Below are positions 29,818 through 37,889 of a stretch of 64,000 nucleotides of DNA, piece by piece. The stretch is from positions 140,571 to 204,570 of the forward strand of contig CAWDNC010000009.1 of NCBI GenBank assembly GCA_963803535.1, in the 5' to 3' direction. The notes under the pieces were generated by a model. That model did no database searches, had not been told where the DNA came from, and worked only from the letters and a program-made list of their open reading frames with translations. Positions within the stretch are counted from its first letter, which is position 1. Each line of letters starts with the position of its first letter. The DNA comes from an uncultured cyanobacterium. GTDB lineage: Bacteria; Cyanobacteriota; Cyanobacteriia; Phormidesmidales; Phormidesmidaceae. The position numbers and the translations under genes are program-made.

Positions 29818-32278
29818 CTACTGTGCAGGTGGCAGCGGAAGCCGCCAGGTACCGCTGCCCCAGGAAGCGATATAGAGATGGGTTTCTGCGGTCACGGGGT
29901 CAGTGATGATTTTGGTGCGAAATGACTTTGGAAAAGAGAGATCGCCTGTGATGTCGAGAATGTTGGAGGCTTTGTTGTTGGCTAAAGTGACTTCGTACAT
30001 GCCGTGACCCAGGTTTGTTGGTGCGAGTGTCTGTGCGCTGAGATAAACTTTGTCGTCAAGACCTGAAACTGCAAAGATGATGGGGCTGACCTCGCTGAAA
30101 TCGAACAGCGGTTTGCGGCGGGCGGTAAGATCGTTTACATCTAACAAAGGTTGCCAGCGATCGCCCCCATTATCTGAAAGCTGTAGCTGCCAGCGATCGC
30201 CTGATTTTGTGGCCGCTGCAACCACCGTTGTGCCCGCCTGATCCCACGCATCAAACGTCACCAGCGCATCTGAAGAGAGAATCGGTGTCCATGTCCAACG
30301 CTGTTCTTTCAGCGGTAAATTACTGTTACCGTCACGCGCGCCTTTGTACAGCGTATTGCCGTCAGCAACATAAAGCACTTTGTTGTTGTTAGGATCAAGC
30401 ACCATAGAACCCTCGTATTCGTTTGCACTAGGGCTATCAGGCAGGCGTGGGAAATAGTCGAGTGCTAAGTCGTTCAAACGAGCGTAGTAGAGGTAAGCAA
30501 TATCAGGAATGACATAGATTCCCTGACCGCGCGTGCTGATATACACGCGTCCCGGCTCACTGGGATCGGCAACAATGTTGGTGTATACGTCGCTCGCCAG
30601 TCCGCGCCCGTCACCGTATTTTCCGGTGCCTCCTGCCAAAAAGTACCAGCGCACTGGCTGTGGATTCGCCGGGTCGATTTGCGCGGCCCACAGTTCGCCT
30701 TCGGTATTGTTGGCCCCAAAGTCGAAGGGGCCACTGTAGTGCGCTAGCAGATAAACGTCGTCGCCTTTTGTGACGATGGCATTCGCTTGAGACTTGGCGC
30801 GGCGCGGGCTAGAGACATCTTCCCAGCTTTGCCCGCCATCCCAGCTCATCGTAACGCCGTGGTCTGCTCCCGAGCGCATCACCACGTTGCCGTAGCGGCT
30901 GATGTCCATGTCTACGGTGCTTTGCCAGCCAATGCTGTGGTAGGTGTCGATTTGATCCACCGTGGCGATCGCATCTCCCATAAAGGCCGCATTTACCGGC
31001 ACCTCAGTAAAGGTCGTCTGCGGCGGGCTGGTGTAGATCGGTTCCCAGCTGTTGTGCCAGTTCGCCGCACTTGGGCTCGCTTCGTCTACTTTGAACAGGG
31101 TTTGATCGCCTGCTGTCCAGATGCTGCGATCGCCCCAAGGCAAAGGCGCATACTGATAGGCCAGCGCGCGAGGCTTGTTCCCATAAATGCCGCCTTCCCA
31201 GCCGATTCCAAAGGCCGCTGTGCTGCGCTGGTCGTACCAAAATACCTGCTCCCAACTAGCCACTGGCTGAGCGACTGGCTGGCTGTTTTGCCAGCTGATG
31301 GTGACTTCGTAGAGTCCGGTTCGCTGCTCGCCGTCTGCGACGAGTAGGCTGTGGCGATCGCGACTACGCGGATCAACGACAATATTGCGAAAGGCCGCTT
31401 CAGGGTCGTCTGGCATTCCGTTTCCGGCCAAAGCCTGCCAGGTTGCACCCTGATCGCGACTGACAAACAGGGCGGTGCCTGCTGAGTCCGCGCGACCAAA
31501 CGCAGCATACAGCGTGCCGTCTGGCGCTACGGCTACGCCCTCTACTCGGGCAGAAGTGTTGGCAGGATTGGTGAACCTGTGACCATTGGCCAGACGCACC
31601 AAAGCCATCGCCTCGCCACAGTCCGCCTGCCGCCGTCGCTGCAAATACGGTCTGCCGGGTGGGGTCTTGTGCCAGCTGTAAAATGCTTTTGTCTTGCTCA
31701 GAGACTGGCCCAAAGCGAACGGTGCTAAACGTGGAGCCGCCGTCTGCGGAGCGAAACACTGCGGCCTGCGTGAGGGTGCTATCGCGCTTGTTGCCTACAC
31801 CCGCGATCACCTGCCGATTGTTTGTAGAATCCACCAGTACGCTACCAACTGCAAGTTCTTCATCACGGTCAGTTTTTGTCAGTAGCTCAGGATGGGCGCG
31901 ACGACTGGTATCCGAATGTAGCTGCCAGGAACGCCCGCCATCGCGAGAGGTATGCAGGCCTACTGTGGTGCCTAAATAAACTCGATTGGCATTTTTGGGG
32001 TCGTAGGCCAAGCTGAGCGCGTTGGTTCCCGCAAGGCCGCGTGAGGCGTAAGTCCAGCTGCTGCCGCCGTCAAGCGTGTGATAAAGGCCGTCTACATCAG
32101 AGAGGACGAAGGCGCGATCGCTGTTGAGCGGATCGAGCACAACGTCTTGGATTTGGCCGCCTGCGCCTGGGTTTAGCGACTCCCAGTTTTGGGCTGAGGC
32201 CGGATGACTGGTGATGATAAAAGTAGCGATCGCTCCAGCGATCGCGGCCCCCATCAGTAATTTTTTGAAGGTTTTCAT
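29818..32278 (-). CDS. Secreted BNR/Asp-box beta-propeller protein (GH74/VPS10-like); apparent frameshift near 31572
   Basis: Signal peptide (MKTFKKLLMGAAIAG...ASA), Asp-boxes (TLDGGSSW, SRDGGRSW, SADGGSTF, SRDQGATW, SWDGGQSW, SDNGGDRW); removing one base joins GQWSQV-TNPANTSARVEG. Confidence 0.78.
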
Positions 32279-32461
32279 ACCTTTGTCTTTTGGTTGAGTA
32301 AGGCCATTGGTGCCAGCAGTCGCAAAGTATTTTACAAAGCAAATAGAATGCTGTCCGAACGAATCACGACGGCTTCACACGTTCGGCCACCTCATCTCGT
32401 TATTTTACTCACGAATAAAGTTAAGCGGAGCGGCACAAAGCCAAAACCTACAGGCCCACTA

Positions 32462-35400
32462 TCAACTTCTCAAGTCTTTAATTACATACAACAGCTCGTT
32501 ATTGTATGTGTCCCCATTGCTAAGGTCTCGATAGTGCACGCGCTCTATCTCATCCGGAATTTCGCACGCCGAAATCAGCACCGGAACAATCTTTTTCTCT
32601 ACCATCCGCGCCATTTCTAGCTCCCACTCCACATAAGTCGAGGCAACGGCACCGGGCGTTAGCAGCACAACAACCGCATTCACTTCACGTAAAGCCTTTC
32701 GCAGCTGTGCTTTCCACTCTTTGCCGCCCTCCATATCCGTAATGTCTTGCCACACCGAAAATCCGGCAGCGCCCACTTCATCTCGAAACCGTTTTGCGGC
32801 TGCGGTTCCATCAGCGCGAGCGTACGAGAGAAAGATGTTCTTTTTTGACTCAGGAACAGTGACATCAGCTAAAATCTTTTCTCGCTGAACAGCGGGCGGC
32901 TGTGTGTAATAGCCTTTAAATTGCTTGTCTATTTGGCCATAGCCGCGCCCACCTTCTTCTATGTCATAGCGGGCAGCTCGGTCGCTAACATCACTCATCA
33001 AGCGGCGAACATCTACTTTTTTATAGCTTTTTCGGCAGTCAATATCGTACTGATGATCGCCAATATATTTCATCAGCAAATCGTAAGGATAAGACTCTGG
33101 CTGGGCGCTGTCTTTGCACTGCTCGCAGTTGCAGGGAATTAGCTCGTCGTATTGTAAGCGCTCGTAGGATTCGTGAATTTTCCAAAGCTCGTGACGGACG
33201 TTTTCGAGTAGGGGCTTTTTGTTGCTACCACTGACGCGGACGTTGATTTCATTTTTGGGATAGTTTTCAATTACCTGAGCGCGCGCCCATTTGTCAGATA
33301 GGACAACGCCATTTTTCCAAACGTGGTTTTGATCTTCTATCAGCGAATGCGTTTCTACGATGAAGCGGGTGAGAATGCCTTTTGGCATGAAGTCGTAGCG
33401 GTAGCGAATGATGAGATTGTTGCTATCTTCCCAAGGAAAGTCGGGCTTGCTGATAGGGAGGAGTTGAGGCGCGATGTATTGGCCTTGTTGTCCGGGGATT
33501 TCGTAGGCGAGCTTGAAGCGCATCATCAGCTGAAGAAGTTCATCGCGTAGCTCCGAGTACTGGCTGTCGCTCCAGATATTTTCAGTGTCTTGCTCGGTGA
33601 AGCGGCCTTTGCTGTTGCGGACGATATCGCTGTCGGCAACTTTGTAGACGGCGGCGGTGGCCCATTCGGGACTGAGGATGACCGTGCGTTTTAGAATTTT
33701 GTCGTCTTGGAAGTGGAGGCATACGCCGAGATCGTGAAGATAGCTGCTGAGGGACAGCATCTGTTGTTTGTCGGCAAAGCCGTTTTGGCGGCAGATATCG
33801 AAGTATTGATCTACGGTGATGGTGTTGCAGTTTTGGGCGTAGTTTTCTAGGGCGGCGCGGACGCGAACCCAGATTTTAGGCAGCGGCTGGCCGACGTGGG
33901 GAAGTTTGCTGATGTGGTAGCGGATGGCGTCTTTGATGTCGTTGAGGCCGCGATTATCTTTTAGGTTGGTGGGCAGGTAGTCTTTGAGGTTGTTGAACTG
34001 GCTTTTAAATTGGCCTTCGTCAATTTCGCATTGGCGGTTTTGCTTTTCGTTTTTGATCACTAACACGGGGCTGCTGTCGCTGAGGAGTTCGACTATTTTT
34101 AGCCAGTAGTAGAAGTCGGTATTTTCCTGGCGGGTGTCGGCAACTAGAAGATATAGGGAGCGTTTGGTGAGGAAGAACTGGTGTGTGGCGTGATAGATTT
34201 CTTGTCCGCCAAAGTCCCAAATGTTGACGCGGAAGGTGTTGCCGTCAGATAGCGGGAAGTCCCAGCGGATTACGTCAATGCCTTCGGTTGAGGCTTCGTC
34301 CTCGGGTAGCTCGTAGGCTTCGTCATCAATTTTCTTAGCTAGGGACGTTTTGCCTGCACCGCCTTCGCCTACAAGAATAAGCTTTGCTTCGTACAGAGGT
34401 GTAGAGCCTTGTTCTGCTTGTAGTGAAAAGTAAAAGCCTAGTGTTTCTATTGCAGGGCTAGGCTTTTCGTAGCTTTCTTTTGGCCCTAATATTTCTGGTG
34501 GAATAGGTAATGGGTTCCCGCGCATGTCTAGCGTCTCTAATCTTTCTAGCGATTTAGCCCAGATTGGTAAGGTGCTGAGCTGATTGCCACTGAGGTTGAG
34601 CGTTTGCAGGTTCGTTAGCTGTCCGATGACCTCGGGCAAGGTGCTGAGCTGATTGAAACTGAGGGAGAGCGATTGCAGGTTCGTTAGCTGACCGGTTATC
34701 TCGGGCAAGGTGCTGAGCTGATTGCTCATGAGGGAGAGCGATTGCAGGTTCGTTAGCTGACCGATTACCTCGGGCAAGGTGCTGAGCTGATTGCTCCTGA
34801 GGGAGAGCGATTGCAGGTTCGTTAGCTGACTGGTTACCTCGGGCAAGGTGCTGAGCTGATTGCTTATGAGGTCGAGCGATTGCAGGTTCGTTAGCTGACC
34901 GATTACCTCGGGCAAGGTGCTGAGCTGATTGCTCATGAGGTAGAGCGATTGCAGGTTCGTTAGCTGACCGATTACCTCGGGCAAGGTGCTGAGCTGATTG
35001 TCACTGAGGTAGAGCGATTGCAGGTTCGTTAGCTGACCGATTACCTCGGGCAAGGTGCTGAGCTGATTGCTCATGAGGTCGAGCGATTGCAAGTTCGTTA
35101 GCTGACCGATTACCTCGGGCAAGGTGCTGAGCTGATTGCTCATGAGGTCGAGCGATTGCAGGTTCGTTAGCTGACCGATTATCTCGGGCAAGGTGCTGAG
35201 CTGATTGCTCATGAGGTCGAGCGATTGCAGGTTCGTTAGCTGACCGATTACCTCGGGCAAGGTGCTGAGCTGATTGCTCCTGAGGTCGAGCGATTGCAGG
35301 TTCGTTAGCTGACCGATGACCTCGGGCAAGGTGCTGAGCTGATTGCTCATGAGGTCGAGCGATTGCAGGTTCGTTAGCTGACCGATTACCTCGGGCAAGG

Positions 35401-35656
35401 TGCTGAGCTGATTGCTCCTGAGGGAGAGCGATTGCAGGTTCGTTAGCTGACCAAGTTCACGGGGCAACGCTGTTAAGTTGTTGCCAATAATTTTCGACTG
35501 CTTACGATCAATTTTTCCTAGTACGAGTGTCTCTAACTTTGTCAGTCTTCCAATTTCTGGCGGTAGCTCATCCAGCTTCATACCGGCCAAATCTAGCGTC
35601 GTTCGTTCGTCTGCTGCTGCCTCATCAATCAGTCTAAGCAATTCTTCTTGAGTCAC
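32462..35656 (-). CDS. LRR-Roc-COR-TIR protein (Roco GTPase with C-terminal TIR_2 domain)
   Basis: About 15 LRRs; Roc P-loop GEGGAGKTSL, switch STEGID and WDFGGQE; COR region; CNCEQC motif; TIR 'IFLSYAR...VW.D...G.EW...S.YVEWEL' with the conserved Glu. Confidence 0.93.
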   Translation of the reverse strand: MTQEELLRLIDEAAADERTTLDLAGMKLDELPPEIGRLTKLETLVLGKIDRKQSKIIGNNLTALPRELGQLTNLQSLSLRSNQLSTLPEVIGQLTNLQSLDLMSNQLSTLPEVIGQLTNLQSLDLRSNQLSTLPEVIGQLTNLQSLDLMSNQLSTLPEIIGQLTNLQSLDLMSNQLSTLPEVIGQLTNLQSLDLMSNQLSTLPEVIGQLTNLQSLYLSDNQLSTLPEVIGQLTNLQSLYLMSNQLSTLPEVIGQLTNLQSLDLISNQLSTLPEVTSQLTNLQSLSLRSNQLSTLPEVIGQLTNLQSLSLMSNQLSTLPEITGQLTNLQSLSLSFNQLSTLPEVIGQLTNLQTLNLSGNQLSTLPIWAKSLERLETLDMRGNPLPIPPEILGPKESYEKPSPAIETLGFYFSLQAEQGSTPLYEAKLILVGEGGAGKTSLAKKIDDEAYELPEDEASTEGIDVIRWDFPLSDGNTFRVNIWDFGGQEIYHATHQFFLTKRSLYLLVADTRQENTDFYYWLKIVELLSDSSPVLVIKNEKQNRQCEIDEGQFKSQFNNLKDYLPTNLKDNRGLNDIKDAIRYHISKLPHVGQPLPKIWVRVRAALENYAQNCNTITVDQYFDICRQNGFADKQQMLSLSSYLHDLGVCLHFQDDKILKRTVILSPEWATAAVYKVADSDIVRNSKGRFTEQDTENIWSDSQYSELRDELLQLMMRFKLAYEIPGQQGQYIAPQLLPISKPDFPWEDSNNLIIRYRYDFMPKGILTRFIVETHSLIEDQNHVWKNGVVLSDKWARAQVIENYPKNEINVRVSGSNKKPLLENVRHELWKIHESYERLQYDELIPCNCEQCKDSAQPESYPYDLLMKYIGDHQYDIDCRKSYKKVDVRRLMSDVSDRAARYDIEEGGRGYGQIDKQFKGYYTQPPAVQREKILADVTVPESKKNIFLSYARADGTAAAKRFRDEVGAAGFSVWQDITDMEGGKEWKAQLRKALREVNAVVVLLTPGAVASTYVEWELEMARMVEKKIVPVLISACEIPDEIERVHYRDLSNGDTYNNELLYVIKDLRS
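34571..35452 (-). repeat. Tandem array of 13 near-identical 69-bp LRR-coding units
   Basis: Unit core (+ strand) ggtgctgagctgattg...gagcgattgcaggttcgttagctgaccga..acctcgggcaa recurs every 69 bp. Confidence 0.97.
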
Positions 35657-35672
35657 CTTTTTCTGCCACTAT

Positions 35673-35868
35673 TGCTGTTGACAGCATACCGCAGTCAATC
35701 AGCTGTATTGCGAGGGTTATCGTGACAATTGCGTCGAAAATACTATTGCAAGGCTACTAAATACAACAATATTCAGTCAATACTGTTTTTCATAAAACGA
35801 GCTCACTACGCATTTGTGAGGATTTCATGTCAAATAATTGACAGCACCGATACCGTAGCGCTACGCTA
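35673..35868. promoter_or_regulatory. Palindrome-rich divergent intergenic region between the TIR gene and the small ORF
   Basis: TTGAC-N11-GTCAA (35678-35698), TGTCAA-N4-TTGACA (35828-35843), direct repeat TTGACAGCA at 35678 and 35838. Confidence 0.45.
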
Positions 35869-35988
35869 ATTTCCATAGCTGTTGTTCGGCACTCATCCGA
35901 ATGCGCAGCAGCGAAACCGCCCCGAAAAACTTAGCCACTGACGACGACTGCTACCAACAATCGCCGCCAGCTCGCCCCCAGACCGTCT

Positions 35989-36063
35989 AGCCCGGTCAGC
36001 GGGTTGTGTCAATGATGACACAGCCACCCTGACTCTTGGCAAGTTGAGGGTGGCTATTTTTTT
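35989..36063 (+). promoter_or_regulatory. Attenuator-like structured leader: three overlapping hairpins, the last followed by T7
   Basis: agcccg/cgggtt (35989-36005), ggttgtgtca/tgacacagcc (36002-36025), agccaccct/agggtggct (36022-36055), then TTTTTTT (36057-36063); AGGAG at 36088. Confidence 0.6.
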
Positions 36064-36098
36064 CGTGCGGCTTTTCTACCCCACAAAAGGAGAGCCCC

Positions 36099-36422
36099 AT
36101 GAAATCCACTAACCCATTGACTGGCCTATCTTCCACAGGTCAGCCACAGCACCCAATGCCCACAAAAATACCACCCGAACAAGCCATCGCCGCCCACCTG
36201 CGCCCGCTGCCCCAGTTCGCCCCCTCCGGCACCCCACCCAAAAAATCCATCCGCCACATCCTGCTAGGCGAACCCGAGGCCATTCGCCAAACCATCCACC
36301 TACTCCACACCCTCCACTACACCGAAACCATCCTATGGACGCCTGTTTTATCCATTGAGGAGCCACTGATAATTGCGCCCGCTCAAAGCGAAGCCATTAG
36401 TCTGTTGCGAAAGCAATTGTGA
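36099..36422 (+). CDS. Small cyanobacterial hypothetical protein (RHILLG.P.A...TIH.LH.L.Y...W-type)
   Basis: SD AGGAG before the ATG; the C-terminal 60 aa resemble a family of uncharacterised small cyanobacterial proteins (recalled, not searched). Confidence 0.7.
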   Translation: MKSTNPLTGLSSTGQPQHPMPTKIPPEQAIAAHLRPLPQFAPSGTPPKKSIRHILLGEPEAIRQTIHLLHTLHYTETILWTPVLSIEEPLIIAPAQSEAISLLRKQL

Positions 36423-36615
36423 TCTGATTGGTGAGTTGCGTAGCGTTCTATTTCTATGCGTGCGTGCAACTATGAGGTTGTTGGCTGAGGGCCACAGGTG
36501 CCGACCCACCTCGCATCCCAAAAAATATAAGGGCACTCCTCCCAAGAGGAGATCTTTCTGGGCTGCGTGTTTGAAGGAGATTCAACAACATCTATCTTCA
36601 CAGCCCAAAGAAAAT

Positions 36616-36677
36616 CCCCTCCATCGGAGGGGTGGCGCGTAGCGACGGGGTGGGTCGGCAACCTAAGCGACCCACCC
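36616..36677. repeat. REP-like/short dispersed palindromic element
   Basis: CCCCTCC-ATC-GGAGGGG followed by GGGTGGGTCG...CGACCCACCC (perfect 10-bp stem); a similar ctcctc/gaggag hairpin near 36535. Confidence 0.6.
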
Positions 36678-36752
36678 ACACCAAACACACACAAGACGAC
36701 ATCTTCAATAGCCACTTCATAGCCTGCTTCGATTGCGGCTACAGAAAATAGA

Positions 36753-37250
36753 CTAAACAGATATTTCGCCACTTGGCTTTTCGCTGCTGACCGTGGCGTA
36801 TACGGCGATCGCACCCGTAATCGCACTCACCCAAACGTTGTTACCGTAAACAGGCATTACCCCAAATACAGAATTAGTGATAGGCAACAGACCCACCAAA
36901 GCACCCAGCGGCAGGAAAACCGCGCAGAAGCGATTGTAGTTGTAGCTGCCGCGATCGCCCGTAGAAGAATACAGGCCAATAAGGCCTAGCGCTGCGCCCA
37001 AAATATTGTGCAGCGTATTGGTTGGGAAAATTCCAAACAGATAGCCAAATCCACGAACAAAGCCATCAACATAGTCCGTTCCCGCAGTCAGTGAAACGTC
37101 GCCGCCGGTCAGAGGCGCGCCTGAGCTGACCGCGTTAGCAGGCAGCGATACAAAATCAGGAACAAAGCCCGCGAAGCCAAGAACTGTAAAAACTAGGCCA
37201 ATTACCAGCGCACAAATACGCCCAGTCGTCAGAGTGTTATCAGTACTCAT
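36753..37250 (-). CDS. DUF4383-like membrane protein
   Basis: Four hydrophobic segments; GYLFGIFPTNTLHN, LPITNSVFGVMPVYGNNVW. Confidence 0.75.
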   Translation of the reverse strand: MSTDNTLTTGRICALVIGLVFTVLGFAGFVPDFVSLPANAVSSGAPLTGGDVSLTAGTDYVDGFVRGFGYLFGIFPTNTLHNILGAALGLIGLYSSTGDRGSYNYNRFCAVFLPLGALVGLLPITNSVFGVMPVYGNNVWVSAITGAIAVYATVSSEKPSGEISV

Positions 37251-37418
37251 AGATAAATTTAGAGTGTGAGGTTAACTCTTTTATCAATACTGAATCTGTT
37301 CGGCGGATAGTCTCTTCCTAAAGGCAAGGCTTGCTGAATGTTATCGCCAGCGGTATAGATGGCATCGTTCTCTCTTTTGCTATCTATTCCCTTTGTCAGA
37401 ACTGAATACCGAAAAAAG

Positions 37419-37811
37419 CTAGGCCAAAATTCGCCATACGATAACGCCAACGCCGATGATTGAACCAAAGTAAGCTAGCGATCGCACCAAACTAATCCCC
37501 GCATAATACGCCGCCCCATGCAGCACCCGGCACACCAAAATCGCGATCGACGCCTTTGCCGTCACATCATCTGCCTGCCCCGTCACCGCCGCCGTCAAAA
37601 TCACCACCGCAATCATCGCCAAATTATCATGATGGTTCCGCTGCGCCCGATCCGCTCTACCCACCCACGGCGCACCATCTACCGCCTTCTCACGATTGCT
37701 CGCGGCCCACTCAATGCCCGCATCCGCCACTCTACCGAAGGCCGGAATATGGTTCAGCGGAATTGACCACAGCGCCAGTGCCAGCAAGCAAAACAAATCA
37801 GTCGTCATCAC
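37419..37811 (-). CDS. MAPEG family membrane protein
   Basis: NRE...W.GRA.RAQRNH.DNL, CRVLHG..Y. Confidence 0.85.
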   Translation of the reverse strand: MMTTDLFCLLALALWSIPLNHIPAFGRVADAGIEWAASNREKAVDGAPWVGRADRAQRNHHDNLAMIAVVILTAAVTGQADDVTAKASIAILVCRVLHGAAYYAGISLVRSLAYFGSIIGVGVIVWRILA

Positions 37812-37889
37812 AAGTTCCTTTACAACGCATCATCTGGGGCGCGATCGCGAATAAGATCGCTCATAAGCCCCTTCTTATCATCACCTGCA

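Noticed and set aside
34571-35452. Regular repeat array as a possible CRISPR
   Set aside because: Contiguous 69-bp in-frame coding units with no unique spacers, inside an ORF, and no cas genes.
35925-35940. Possible boxA antitermination motif in the small-ORF leader (AAACTTAGCCACTGA)
   Set aside because: Too degenerate relative to the cyanobacterial rrn boxA to support without an alignment.
32462-36422. Diversity-generating retroelement acting on the LRR gene
   Set aside because: No reverse transcriptase or separate template repeat in the window; differences between units are not adenine-specific.
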